From the NCBI GenBank assembly GCA_964509335.1, contig CAZDXB010000002.1:58253-122252 (forward strand): a stretch of DNA of 64,000 nucleotides, given 5' to 3'. Positions 36,007-46,410 of this stretch are shown one piece after another. The notes under the pieces were generated by a model, which was given only the letters and a program-made list of their open reading frames with translations, made no database searches and was not told the origin of the DNA. The translations under genes and the position numbers were made by a program. This DNA is from an uncultured Hyphomicrobiales bacterium (GTDB lineage Bacteria; Bacteroidota; Ignavibacteria; Kapaibacteriales; UBA2268). Each line of letters starts with the position of its first letter. Positions within the stretch are counted from its first letter, which is position 1.

Positions 36007-37086
36007 TCAAGCCCTGTCCCTTAAACTGTAAACATACGCCAAAACTTGAGCTACAGCCTTGAAAAGACTCTCGGGTATCTCTTGATTAATTTCAGTCTTG
36101 TAGAAAAGCGTCCTCGCTAACGGCGGATTTTCTACAACGGGAATCTCGGTGTCTTTAGCTATATCTATTATCTTTAAAGCTAAGAAGTCGGCGCCCTTCG
36201 CCGTTACGACGGGAGCGTTCATCTTCCCCGCCTTGTATTCCAACGCTACCGCGAAATGCGTCGGATTCGTAATCACCACGTCCGCCTCCTGAGCTTTTTG
36301 CATCATTATCTTCCTTATCCTTCCCCGCATCAGCTGTTTCAATCGCTGTTTGATTTTCGGGTCTCCTTCCATTTGCCTTTGCTCTTCCTTCACCTCCTGC
36401 TTCGTCATCTTCATATCTTCCTTGAACTTATACTTCTGGTAAGCGAAATCCGCTATCGCTATTAATATATAAACCAAACCCACCTTCAAAACCAACTCTA
36501 AACTAATAGTCGCCATAAGAGAAGCGAACTCCCCAATATCCTTTTTAACCAAAGCGACGACTTCGTCCTTCCAGCTCACTAAAACTTGATAAGCTACAAT
36601 AGCTAATATCGATATTTTAACGGCGCTTTTAGCCAACTCGAATATCGACCTGCTGGATAAAAAAATCTTCTTCAAGCCGACTAAAGGATTGAAAACCTGC
36701 TTGAAATTCAATCCTTCCGTAAATTTCTTGCTAGCCAGCTTCAGCCCCACTTGAAAAATTTCCGTAGTCAAGCCGATGAGAAATACCGCCAAAACTATCG
36801 GAATCAAAACCTTCGCTAAATACGAAAGCAAAACGGGATAATAATTCGTAACGTTGGTAAAATTAATTTTAAAATCGCCCAAAGAACCGAAGATTTGCGC
36901 CGTTAGTATCTTTACGCTATCGACTAAATTAACGCCTAGAACGAAAACGACCGCTCCTCCGATAAGCATAAGAGCCGCCGTCGTCAGCTCTACGCTTTTT
37001 GAAACTTGACCTCTTTCCCTAGCTTCCCTTAAGCGTTTCAGAGTCGCCGGTTCGGTCTTTTCGTTTCCGTCTTTTGTTTCCGGCAT
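36007..37086 (-). CDS. flhB: Flagellar export apparatus protein FlhB
   Basis: 359 aa. The autocleavage motif NPTH (VITNPTHFAVALEY) is present. Confidence 0.95.
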   Translation of the reverse strand: MPETKDGNEKTEPATLKRLREARERGQVSKSVELTTAALMLIGGAVVFVLGVNLVDSVKILTAQIFGSLGDFKINFTNVTNYYPVLLSYLAKVLIPIVLAVFLIGLTTEIFQVGLKLASKKFTEGLNFKQVFNPLVGLKKIFLSSRSIFELAKSAVKISILAIVAYQVLVSWKDEVVALVKKDIGEFASLMATISLELVLKVGLVYILIAIADFAYQKYKFKEDMKMTKQEVKEEQRQMEGDPKIKQRLKQLMRGRIRKIMMQKAQEADVVITNPTHFAVALEYKAGKMNAPVVTAKGADFLALKIIDIAKDTEIPVVENPPLARTLFYKTEINQEIPESLFKAVAQVLAYVYSLRDRA

Positions 37087-37088
37087 AG

Positions 37089-37886
37089 CTATACCCTTGC
37101 TGGATTAAGCGTTAAAATAAATCTCATTAGTTCGGTTTCCATATTCAACAAAAAATGCTTGGCGACTAAAATTACAAGCGGCGACGCCGCCAACAGCGTT
37201 AGAATGCCGACAATTATCTTCATCTGGAAACTCAAAATAAATATATTCGTCTGCGGCGCCACCCTCGCGAGCAACGCCAAAGCTAAATTCGTTAAAAACA
37301 AAGCGATTAAAACCGGGGCGGACATTTTAATTGCTATAATAAAAACCGTAGTAGCAAACCTAATCAGAAGCTCGTAAGTCGATTCGGTTACTTCGAAAGT
37401 CGTTATAGGAACCGCTCTGACGCTAGCCCAAAGCGACTCAAATATATAATGATGCCCGTTAATTATAAAGAATATCATTAAAGTCGCCATATACTTCAAC
37501 TCGCCCACCATTGTCGGCGAATGCTCCTCTACGTTAAAAATCATAGACGTCTGGTAGCCCATATCAAAATCAATCAAGCCGCCCGCCATTCTCGCGCCCC
37601 AAAAAACCGCGTTCGCGGCGAAACCAATCGAGACGCCCACCATAAATTCCTTTAAAGCCAATAAAACCGCGTTCCACAAGTGAAAGTCTATCGGCGGTTG
37701 CTCCTCGCCAAAAGCGCTCGTCAAAGCTAAAGCTACAATAACCGACAACGCCGTCTTCATCTGCATCGGTATAGCGGAGCTTTTAAAAGCCGGAGCCGCG
37801 ACTAACAACCCGAGAACCCTGATGAAAAGCAGAGCCCCTATTATCAACTTCCCCGTGAAAAATTCAAGCGAATAAGCGTCGAGCAT
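37089..37886 (-). CDS. fliR: Flagellar export apparatus protein FliR
   Basis: 265 aa. It is a polytopic membrane protein in the canonical fliPQR-flhBA order. Confidence 0.85.
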   Translation of the reverse strand: MLDAYSLEFFTGKLIIGALLFIRVLGLLVAAPAFKSSAIPMQMKTALSVIVALALTSAFGEEQPPIDFHLWNAVLLALKEFMVGVSIGFAANAVFWGARMAGGLIDFDMGYQTSMIFNVEEHSPTMVGELKYMATLMIFFIINGHHYIFESLWASVRAVPITTFEVTESTYELLIRFATTVFIIAIKMSAPVLIALFLTNLALALLARVAPQTNIFILSFQMKIIVGILTLLAASPLVILVAKHFLLNMETELMRFILTLNPARV

Positions 37887-37920
37887 AACCTTCCTTTAAA
37901 GTCTTTTATTTGAGCCGCTC

Positions 37921-38187
37921 CTAATGCAGCGTCGGAATCATATTGTATAATTCGATAGTAAACTTCTTCATACTGCTTATCATAAAAGGCAGCATAATAA
38001 CGGAAACCAAGAATACGACTATCAGCTTAGGAACGAAAGTTAAGGTTTGCTCCGAAATGGAAGTAGCCGCCTGAAAAATCGATATAATCAAGCCGACGAT
38101 TAAAGACGCTAAAAGCATCGGTCCGCAAACCAGAAAAACGTAGTAGAAGGCTTGTCTTGCTAAATCGACAACGAAAACATCGGTCAT
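37921..38187 (-). CDS. fliQ: Flagellar export apparatus protein FliQ
   Basis: 88 aa with two TM helices. Its position and size are canonical. Confidence 0.85.
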   Translation of the reverse strand: MTDVFVVDLARQAFYYVFLVCGPMLLASLIVGLIISIFQAATSISEQTLTFVPKLIVVFLVSVIMLPFMISSMKKFTIELYNMIPTLH

Positions 38188-38227
38188 TGAAAATCCTTTT
38201 TATTTATTTAACATCCTTGCTTTTAAT

Positions 38228-39025
38228 CTATCCCGCGCTTAAAATGCTTTTCATTAACGAATCGACCACCAAATACCACCCGTCCACAAGGACGAACAAC
38301 AGCACCTTTATCGGCAGCGAAATCAACTGCGGAGGCAGCAAGAACATACCGAGAGACATCAATATGGAGGCTATCACCATATCTAACACGAGAAAAGGCA
38401 CGAACAAAAGAAAACCGATTTGGAAAGCCACTCTTAACTCGCTAATGCTGAAAGCCGGAATTATCGCCCAAATTGAAACGTCGTCCACGTCCTTCGGTTT
38501 GTCGGCGCCGCTCAGCTTAATAAACAACGCTAAATCCGCTTCGCGAGTGCGTTTCAGCATAAACTCCCGAAAAGGCTGAACAACGTTGGACACCGCTTCT
38601 TTCTGAGTAATCTCCTCTTTAAGATACGGCTGAATTCCTTTATTGTTCGCCTCGTTCAGAGCCGACTGCATAACGAAAAAAGTCAAAAACAGAGCCAGCC
38701 CCGTTATTAATTGATTGGGCGGTTGAGTCTGGGTGCCTATAGCTTGTTTCAAAAAATGGAATACTATTATAATCCGCGTGAAACAAGTCATCATAATCAA
38801 AATAGACGGAGCCAAAGTCAACACCGTCATAACCGCCAATATTTGAAGAGCCGTTACGTAGTCGTCCGGCGAATCCGCTTTACCTACGTTTACGGAAACG
38901 TTGGGCAAACCGACCTTAGTCGGAGCTTGCTTCTGCGAGTAACTTTCCGCGCCGCCGCAAAAAACCCCGAACGCCAGAGCTATTATAAATATCCCCGCTT
39001 TCTTTATAAATCTATTTCTCTTCAT
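38228..39025 (-). CDS. fliP: Flagellar export apparatus protein FliP
   Basis: 265 aa with a signal peptide and conserved MTCFTRIIIVF / ISELRVAFQIGF blocks. Confidence 0.9.
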   Translation of the reverse strand: MKRNRFIKKAGIFIIALAFGVFCGGAESYSQKQAPTKVGLPNVSVNVGKADSPDDYVTALQILAVMTVLTLAPSILIMMTCFTRIIIVFHFLKQAIGTQTQPPNQLITGLALFLTFFVMQSALNEANNKGIQPYLKEEITQKEAVSNVVQPFREFMLKRTREADLALFIKLSGADKPKDVDDVSIWAIIPAFSISELRVAFQIGFLLFVPFLVLDMVIASILMSLGMFLLPPQLISLPIKVLLFVLVDGWYLVVDSLMKSILSAG

Positions 39026-39385
39026 ACCTTTTCGTTCTTATTAAGTCGTTTTTCCTAAAACAATCGATATGCCATCAAAAAGGTTGCAAAATTGAAAACC
39101 GCCAATCGCGTCCCCTAAATTTTTTGAAAATAACGAAATAGCTTTCGAAAATTTTGGAACGATTTTTATTCTTTTTGAAAAATCAAAGAACAAATAATGA
39201 AAATCAATAGAAAGTCGGCTTTTTTTCGCGGCTAATATTCAAACTGCGGTCATTTTTGAACAGCGCGACCAAAAACTAAAACCGCGCCTAAATAATTGCA
39301 GAACGATTTTTTTTTGCTAATTTTACTTAGCTTATATTTTTATAATCGCAAAAAAAGGTTATCGACAATAATAACTAAACAATAA

Positions 39386-40444
39386 ATGAGCGAACTAAAA
39401 GATAAGCCGCTGATAATACGCGCTATAGCGGGCGAAAAGACTAATCGCGCGCCCGTCTGGCTGATGCGTCAAGCGGGCAGATATATGCCGGAGTATCAAG
39501 AAATTCGAAAGCGATACGACTTTAAAACTATGTTTAAAACGCCTGAATTAGCCGTCGAAATATCGCTCCAACCGGTAAAGAAATTCGCCGTGGACGGAGC
39601 TATTATCTTCTCAGACATTACCGTTCTCCCCGAAGCCTTAGGACTCGGCTTAGAATTTATCGAAGGCAAAGGTCCCGTATTCTCTAATCCCGTAAGGACG
39701 GCTAAAGACGTCGAAAAAATAACTAGCCGCGAAATCGACGGCAATCTCGACTACGTCGGCAAAATTATAAGAACGCTAAAAAGAGAAATAGACAAGCAAG
39801 TTGCTTTAATAGGCTTCAGCGGCGCTCCTTGGACGTTGACAAAATATATCGTGGACGGCTCCAACCTAAAAAGCCATCGATTTATAAAATATATGCGCTT
39901 CTCCCAACCGGAATTACTCAAACGTCTTTTAGATTTCGTCGCCGACAAAGTTATAGAACATTGCAAATCGCAAGTCGAAGCAGGCGCGGACCTTATCCAA
40001 CTTTTCGACAGCTCCGCCTCGATTATCGACGACGAAGGATTTAGCGAATTCGTCCTGCCCTACGCAAAAAAAACCATCGACGCCCTGCGTAGCGAGGGCG
40101 TCCCGGTTATTTATTTCTCGAGGGATACGGGGTATTGGCTCAACGAAATATCCGAATTGGGCGCCGATATATTAAGCGTCGATTGGACGGTAAATCCTCG
40201 TAAAACAGTTGAATTATGCCGAGACAAATGCGGACTCCAAGGCAATCTCGACCCAGGCGTTCTTTATTGCGACCCCGAAACGATACGAGGAGAAGTCAAA
40301 AAAATGCTTAACGCGTTTAAGGAATCTCCTAAATACATAGCCAATCTCGGGCACGGCGTAAAGCCCGACACGCCAAACGAAAACGTCGCCTGTTTCGTCG
40401 AAGCGGTTAAAAAAGAAAGCGAAAAGTTATACAGTAACGTTTGA
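39386..40444 (+). CDS. hemE: Uroporphyrinogen decarboxylase
   Basis: 352 aa with the signature PVWLMRQAGRYMPEY. Confidence 0.95.
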   Translation: MSELKDKPLIIRAIAGEKTNRAPVWLMRQAGRYMPEYQEIRKRYDFKTMFKTPELAVEISLQPVKKFAVDGAIIFSDITVLPEALGLGLEFIEGKGPVFSNPVRTAKDVEKITSREIDGNLDYVGKIIRTLKREIDKQVALIGFSGAPWTLTKYIVDGSNLKSHRFIKYMRFSQPELLKRLLDFVADKVIEHCKSQVEAGADLIQLFDSSASIIDDEGFSEFVLPYAKKTIDALRSEGVPVIYFSRDTGYWLNEISELGADILSVDWTVNPRKTVELCRDKCGLQGNLDPGVLYCDPETIRGEVKKMLNAFKESPKYIANLGHGVKPDTPNENVACFVEAVKKESEKLYSNV

Positions 40445-40449
40445 CGATT

Positions 40450-41829
40450 ATGCGTAAGTTCAATATAGATTTGCTGAGGAAATACGACGTTTCCGGCCCT
40501 AGATACACTAGTTACCCGACAGCGCCTCATTTTAGCGAAGACTTCGACGCAGACGATTATATCGAGGAAATCGAAAAAAACGACGCGCCAGACGGCGCAG
40601 ATTTATCGCTTTATATACATCTGCCCTTCTGCAAATCCAGATGTCTCTATTGCGCTTGCAACTCGATTATTTCGAGAAACAAAAAAATTATCGACTCCTA
40701 CTTGGATTATTTGTTCAAAGAAATCGGAATCGTCTCGAACTTGCTCGACAAAAAAAGGCAAGTCGTTCAAATACACCTTGGCGGCGGAACGCCGAATTAT
40801 TTAGGCGCCGATAAACTCTCGCTTCTAATCGAACGATTGAAAAACTCCTTTAACGTTAATAAAGACGCCGAAATCAGCGTAGAACTCGACCCGAGACTGC
40901 TCGACGCGGAATTTCTCTCGTCTCTAAATGATACCGGATTCAATCGCCTAAGCTTCGGCGTTCAGGACTTGAACGCCAAAGTGCAACAAACGGTAGCGAG
41001 AATAAATCCCAAGCAAATGATTGAAGAGCTAATAGCCGAAGCTAGAAAACTGGAATTTTCGTCGGTGAATTTCGATTTAATTTACGGGCTCCCTTATCAA
41101 ACTCGCGAAAGCTTTTCCGAAACGGTCGAGGAAGTCTCGCGAATTTCCCCCGACAGAATTGCCGTTTACAATTTCGCGTATATGCCTTGGATTAAAGAAC
41201 ATCAAAAAACGCTGCCGGAAGAAGCCATACCGCCGGCTAGCGAAAAAATAGAAATATTGGGAGCGGCTATAGAAGACTTCGTCGAAAACGGCTACGAATA
41301 TATCGGAATGGACCATTTCGCCAAACCCGAAGACGAACTCGCTAAAGCGCTAAACAACGGAAGTTTGCATCGCAATTTCCAAGGATACACAACCAAAGCC
41401 GACACTGAAACCTTAGCTTTCGGAGCGACGGGGATTAGTCAATTGAAAAACTCCTACGCTCAAAACTTCAAGACTCTCGACGAATATTATAAAGCTCTCG
41501 ACAAGGGGCGCCCGCCAATAGCTAAAGGATTGACGCTCTCCGACGACGACTTAATCCGGCGACGCGTCGTCAACCGAATAATGTGCGGCGCGTTCATCGA
41601 CAAAAAAGAATTCGCCGAGGAATTTAACGTTAATTTCGACGATTACTTCAAGCGCGAAATCCCGCGATTAAAAGATTTCGAACGCGAAGGATTGATAAAA
41701 ACGAGCGGCGACGAAATAAAAGTCGATTATTCCGGTCGTTTAGTAATCCGCAATATCGCCATGATTTTCGACGCCTACTTAAAAGAAGACCTAAAAAAAC
41801 GCAAGAAAATGTATTCCAAAACGCTATGA
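40450..41829 (+). CDS. hemN: Oxygen-independent coproporphyrinogen III oxidase (radical SAM)
   Basis: I prefer the ATG at 40450 to the TTG at 40441. It has the radical SAM motif CKSRCLYCAC, and its ~460-aa length with a HemN C-terminal region fits HemN rather than HemW. Confidence 0.85.
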   Translation: MRKFNIDLLRKYDVSGPRYTSYPTAPHFSEDFDADDYIEEIEKNDAPDGADLSLYIHLPFCKSRCLYCACNSIISRNKKIIDSYLDYLFKEIGIVSNLLDKKRQVVQIHLGGGTPNYLGADKLSLLIERLKNSFNVNKDAEISVELDPRLLDAEFLSSLNDTGFNRLSFGVQDLNAKVQQTVARINPKQMIEELIAEARKLEFSSVNFDLIYGLPYQTRESFSETVEEVSRISPDRIAVYNFAYMPWIKEHQKTLPEEAIPPASEKIEILGAAIEDFVENGYEYIGMDHFAKPEDELAKALNNGSLHRNFQGYTTKADTETLAFGATGISQLKNSYAQNFKTLDEYYKALDKGRPPIAKGLTLSDDDLIRRRVVNRIMCGAFIDKKEFAEEFNVNFDDYFKREIPRLKDFEREGLIKTSGDEIKVDYSGRLVIRNIAMIFDAYLKEDLKKRKKMYSKTL

Positions 41830-42794
41830 CAGAAAACAAAATAAGCGTTTTGCTCGTAAACTTAGGCGGACCGAGTTCCGAAACGGAAATAAAACCTTTC
41901 CTCAAAAATTTATTTCTCGACCCCGACATTATAAATATTCCCGGCGGATTTCTTCTGCGCCCCATTTTAGCGAGAATGATTTCGAGTTTGCGCTACCAAA
42001 CTTCCTCAAAACACTACGAATTGATCGGCGGCAAGTCGCCAATATTAGAAATTACAAAAGCGCAGGCTAACGCGCTGGAAAATGAATTGAACAAAGAAGC
42101 TTCGGCGAAAGTCCGGGTAGCTATGCGATATAGCGAACCGTTCATTAAAGACGCTCTAAAAGAAATTTCCGGCGAAAACTTAATCGTTCTGCCTCTTTAT
42201 CCGCAATACTCTATTACTACCACAGGCTCGGTTCTCAACGAAATCAAACGAACGAAGAAAAAAATAAAACGTAGCTTTTCAAAAATGACTTTTGTGAATG
42301 ATTTTCACGATAAAGAAGACTACATCGACGCCTTTGTTTCCGCGATAAATAGCTATTTAAACGACAAGGCGGTTAATTTCAAGTCAACGCCCGTTCTTCT
42401 CTTCAGCGCGCACGGTCTGCCGGAAAAACTAATTGAAAAAGGCGACCCGTATAAAGAACAAATCGAGAAGAGCGTAGAATTAATTATGGGAAAAATAGGC
42501 GGCGACTTCAAAAGCCTTATATCGTATCAGAGCCGAGCGGGCGTCGATAAATGGCTCAAGCCGACCACCGAAGACGTATTGGCGAAAATCGGCGAAACCG
42601 GCGGAGATGTTCTAGTCATTCCCATCAGCTTCGTATCGGAAAATCTTGAAACGCTTTACGAAATGGACATCCTATTCAAAGAAAAAGCGAAAGAATTTGG
42701 AATCGACAATTACCATAGATTGCCCTGCTTCAACGATAATCCAAAATTCATTAGTTGTTTAAAAAATATCGTATTGGAAAATGCCAAAAGATAA
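41826..42794 (+). CDS. hemH: Ferrochelatase
   Basis: 322 aa with LLVNLGGP, PLYPQYS and SAHGLP. It overlaps hemN by 4 nt. Confidence 0.9.
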   Translation: MTENKISVLLVNLGGPSSETEIKPFLKNLFLDPDIINIPGGFLLRPILARMISSLRYQTSSKHYELIGGKSPILEITKAQANALENELNKEASAKVRVAMRYSEPFIKDALKEISGENLIVLPLYPQYSITTTGSVLNEIKRTKKKIKRSFSKMTFVNDFHDKEDYIDAFVSAINSYLNDKAVNFKSTPVLLFSAHGLPEKLIEKGDPYKEQIEKSVELIMGKIGGDFKSLISYQSRAGVDKWLKPTTEDVLAKIGETGGDVLVIPISFVSENLETLYEMDILFKEKAKEFGIDNYHRLPCFNDNPKFISCLKNIVLENAKR

Positions 42795-44160
42795 ATACGA
42801 CGCGATAATTGTTGGAGGCGGAATATCCGGCTTAACCACGGCTTACTTTTTAAAAAAAGGCGGCTTAAACCCTTTAATAATAGAGAAAAAATCGACTCCG
42901 GGCGGTAGTATAATGTCCGAAAGAGACGGCGACTATCTTATCGACTACGGACCGAACAGCGGATTGGAAACAACGCATTTGCTAAAAGAAATATTCGCCG
43001 ACCTAAATTTAACCGAAAAAGTAAATTACGCTTCGTCCGCCGGTCAAAATCGATATATCTTGAAAAACGGAAAACTTACCGCTCTGCCGTTGAAACCGGG
43101 GAAATTCCTAAAAACCGAGCTGTTCTCTACGAGAGCCAAGCTCAGAGTTCTCAAAGAGCCTTTCATAAAAGCCCCGTCGGATTTGAAAGACGAAAGTTTA
43201 GCCGATTTTGTGAAAAGAAGGCTCGGCTGGGAGTTCCTCGCTTACGCCATCGACCCGTTCGTAGCCGGCATTTACGCCGGAACGCCGGAAAATTTAAGCG
43301 TCGGCGCGGCTTTCCCAAAACTGCTCGCCCTAGAAAAAGAGTATGGGAGCATAATTAAAGGAACCGTTCTCGGCGCGAGAAAACGAAAGAAGCGAAAAGA
43401 CCAATCCAAACCCTCGGCGAAAATGTTCTCGTTCTTAGAGGGTATGCAAACTCTGACAGACGCCTTAGCCGACTATAACAAAGAAAACCTCGTTACCGAC
43501 GCGGGAATAGTTTCCATAAGCAAAGAATCGAAAAAACATATAGTCGAATTTTTGGTTGACGGCGAAAAGCAAAAAGTAGAATCAGACGCGATAATTTTAA
43601 CCGCGCCGTCGCACAAATACAAATCGCTCCCTTTAGACTCTCGCCTGAAAAAAATCGTCGGCGATATATATTATCCGCCGGTTACTATGGCGTTCTTCGG
43701 CTACGAGAAAAATCCCGCCAAGCGCCCCTTGGACGGCTTCGGCTACTTAATCCCAAAATCCGAAAAAAGAAACACTCTGGGAACTATTTGGAGTTCCGTC
43801 ATATTCAAAAATCGCGCTCCGAAAGACGGCGCCGCTTTCACAACTTATATCGGTGGCTCGAGACAGCCGGAAAACGCGCTGAAAGACGAAGACGAAATAA
43901 TAAAAATGACGATGGAAGACTTCGCCGATACATTGGGAATCGAATCAAAACCGGATAAAATAGTCGTCAAAAAATGGGAAAAAGCCATACCGCAATATCA
44001 AGTCGGACACAAAGACATAATAGAATCTATAGAAAAATACGAGGACGACAATCCCGGAATTTTCGTATCCGGCAACTTCCGCGGCGGCATATCCGTCGCC
44101 GACTGCGTAAAACAAGCGCGAACGACCGCCGACTCGGCGATAAAATACGTCGGAAAGTAA
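42781..44160 (+). CDS. hemY: Protoporphyrinogen/coproporphyrinogen oxidase (HemY-type, FAD)
   Basis: 459 aa. It has an N-terminal FAD dinucleotide fold (IIVGGGISGLTTAY) and overlaps hemH. Confidence 0.85.
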   Translation: MPKDKYDAIIVGGGISGLTTAYFLKKGGLNPLIIEKKSTPGGSIMSERDGDYLIDYGPNSGLETTHLLKEIFADLNLTEKVNYASSAGQNRYILKNGKLTALPLKPGKFLKTELFSTRAKLRVLKEPFIKAPSDLKDESLADFVKRRLGWEFLAYAIDPFVAGIYAGTPENLSVGAAFPKLLALEKEYGSIIKGTVLGARKRKKRKDQSKPSAKMFSFLEGMQTLTDALADYNKENLVTDAGIVSISKESKKHIVEFLVDGEKQKVESDAIILTAPSHKYKSLPLDSRLKKIVGDIYYPPVTMAFFGYEKNPAKRPLDGFGYLIPKSEKRNTLGTIWSSVIFKNRAPKDGAAFTTYIGGSRQPENALKDEDEIIKMTMEDFADTLGIESKPDKIVVKKWEKAIPQYQVGHKDIIESIEKYEDDNPGIFVSGNFRGGISVADCVKQARTTADSAIKYVGK

Positions 44161-44179
44161 AAACATAACAAAGACAAAT

Positions 44180-44377
44180 CATTTCAATCCCTCAAAAATT
44201 TATTTCATTAATAACCTTTTAGGACGCGAGATAAAGCGACTGGCAAATAATGAGTTATTCATTTCGGGAGAACATACAACTACTTTAAACACAGAAGGCT
44301 TATCCAGCGGCGTTTATTATTGCGTCTTTAAAACTGAAACGAACCTAAAAACCGCTAAGCTAATGATACATAAATAA
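44180..44377 (+). pseudogene. Relic of a T9SS C-terminal sorting domain (no gene body, no start)
   Basis: Translation gives HFNPSKIYFINNLLGREIKRLANNELFISGEHTTTLNTEGLSSGVYYCVFKTETNLKTAKLMIHK*. This carries the CTD hallmarks (NPFNPS-like, NLLG-x-E, LSSGVYY, terminal K-rich strand) with an internal gap. Confidence 0.65.
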
Positions 44378-44486
44378 AATCGCTTACTTAGTTCTAAAAT
44401 TTTAATCTCATATCGCCGATTTGTTTTTTATTTAACCGAATCGAGATATATTCGCGTCTTATATTATTATTATTAATCGGCGATAA

Positions 44487-45164
44487 ATGAGCGAAAAAAT
44501 CAGTCTAAAACAAATCGTAATCAACAACAAATACTTCTTTGTTCCCTATATCGCTTTTCTAATCGCGGGTTTGTTCGCTATTATCTTTCTGGACAAAGGC
44601 GAATTTTTTCTATTCGTAAATTCCAACGCCGGCGGTTTTTGGGATTACTTTTTTTTCTATTCCACTTACCTCGGCGACGGCTATACATACTTAATAGTCG
44701 TAATTATCGCTCTGTTAATACGTGTAAGATACTTTGCTATAGGCGTTTTGTCATACGCTTCGAGCGGTATAGCCGCTCAAATACTAAAAAGAAGTTTCGA
44801 CGTCGCCAGACCTTGGAAATTCTTCGGCAAACCCGACTGGCTCTACTTGCCGCTTGGAATCGAGCCTCATTCTCATCATAGCTTCCCTTCGGGGCATTCG
44901 GCTTCGGCGCTCTCGCTTTTTCTTTTTCTCTCGCTCTTCATCAACAATAAAACGCTTAAAGCTATATTCTTCTTATGCGCTCTGATAACGGCTATATCTA
45001 GAATTTATATAGTTCAGCACTTCTTTATCGACGTGTATATCGGTTCTATTTTGGGAGTCGTCTTTACAGTTCTCGTTTATTATACTTTCATTAACTCCGA
45101 AAACTTAAAGAAATCAAGATTCCTCAATCGCTCATTTTTGAAAAAGCAGTCTAAAGAAACTTAG
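44487..45164 (+). CDS. PAP2-family lipid phosphatase
   Basis: 225 aa and polytopic. It has the three PAP2 motifs KRSFDVARP, PSGHS and SRIYIVQHFFIDV. Confidence 0.85.
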   Translation: MSEKISLKQIVINNKYFFVPYIAFLIAGLFAIIFLDKGEFFLFVNSNAGGFWDYFFFYSTYLGDGYTYLIVVIIALLIRVRYFAIGVLSYASSGIAAQILKRSFDVARPWKFFGKPDWLYLPLGIEPHSHHSFPSGHSASALSLFLFLSLFINNKTLKAIFFLCALITAISRIYIVQHFFIDVYIGSILGVVFTVLVYYTFINSENLKKSRFLNRSFLKKQSKET

Positions 45165-45370
45165 CCTTGAAGCCGATAATAAAAACCAACGCGAAAAGAG
45201 GCTTAGTTCGCGAAACCCTCTTGGATTTTTTTCTAAGGACTAACATAGAAATCCTCCCTTATTAAGAAACCGAGAGGGTTTTTTCGTTCGCGCTAAAAAG
45301 AGGGAAAGATAATATTAGCAAGTCAAAACTATTGCTTAATTTTGACTATTTAAATATCGAAGAAACTCAA

Positions 45371-46312
45371 ATGGATTTTGTCAATAAACGTGAAATAAGA
45401 GTCTGCGGACTCCAAAGAACGGGCAATCACGCCCTAATCGGCTGGATTCTCGATTCGGTCAAAGGCAAAAAGTGCTTGCTAAACGCCGCTACTCCGGGCA
45501 AAGACCCATTCCTGCGCCACTCCCAAAGAGAACTGTATAACATCAGCGAAAGCGAATTTGAAAAGGATAAACGCGAAAAATCGTTAAAAAAAGATTTACT
45601 TATCTACTCATACGAAGACGCCCCTTTGGACAAAATCTTCGCCGAGAAATTCGAAGAAAAAGCGCCCGATTACGTCGGCAAAAGCGAGTCCGTATTTAAC
45701 GTGATTATATTAAGAGACCCGTTCAATTTGTTCGCCAGCAGACTCCAATGGATTAAGCGAAACAAGTTTTTGCTTGATATTGGAAAAAGAGGCAGTTGCA
45801 AACTCAACTTAACCGACGAAAAACAACGCTTAAAATTAATAAACATATGGAAGGCATACGCTAAAGAATTCTTAGGCGAAAATGAGATTGTGGATGAAAA
45901 CAAACTGCCCATAAATTTCAACAAATGGTTCGCCGAAAAATCTTATAGAAAAAAGATAGCCGACACTCTACAATTAAACAAAAATTCAAACGCTCAACAA
46001 GTTACGGGATACGGCGGCGGCAGCTCCTTCGACGGTCAAAATCTAACTCTGAAAACGATAATGAATAACTGGCGTTGGCTATTCAAATACCAACTTTATA
46101 AGAACGCTTTTATTGAAGGGCAAATCTTCGACTACCTTCGGAGACTATTCAACAAACCGTTAAAAGCCGATAAAATGAAAGTCTTAGAAAGATGGAAAAC
46201 GTTCAAAGACGACCCATTCTATCGAAGTCTTTTCAAAGATAATGAATTAATAGAACTTTCAAACAGAATTTTCGGCAGAATCCCCGGAACGGAAAAATTG
46301 CTAAAAAACTGA
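45371..46312 (+). CDS. Hypothetical protein, sulfotransferase-like (weak)
   Basis: I prefer the ATG at 45371. GLQRTGNHAL resembles a 5'-PSB loop and ILRDPFNLFASRL resembles the 3'-PB RDP motif of sulfotransferases. This is motif resemblance only. Confidence 0.35.
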   Translation: MDFVNKREIRVCGLQRTGNHALIGWILDSVKGKKCLLNAATPGKDPFLRHSQRELYNISESEFEKDKREKSLKKDLLIYSYEDAPLDKIFAEKFEEKAPDYVGKSESVFNVIILRDPFNLFASRLQWIKRNKFLLDIGKRGSCKLNLTDEKQRLKLINIWKAYAKEFLGENEIVDENKLPINFNKWFAEKSYRKKIADTLQLNKNSNAQQVTGYGGGSSFDGQNLTLKTIMNNWRWLFKYQLYKNAFIEGQIFDYLRRLFNKPLKADKMKVLERWKTFKDDPFYRSLFKDNELIELSNRIFGRIPGTEKLLKN

Positions 46313-46410
46313 GAATCATAGCCGCAATTTTTAAAATATTTACTATTTAACGTATTTTTTGTAATTTAGAATCGAAAAGACGAGGCTATAAATTAAATTG
46401 AAGAGGAGTT

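Noticed and set aside
39026-39385. Sigma-28 (TAAA-N15-GCCGATAA) or sigma-54 promoter upstream of fliP, and a T9 tract at about 39309-39317.
   Set aside because: I found no convincing match to either consensus on the fliP strand. The T-run lies in a generic AT-rich divergent promoter region.
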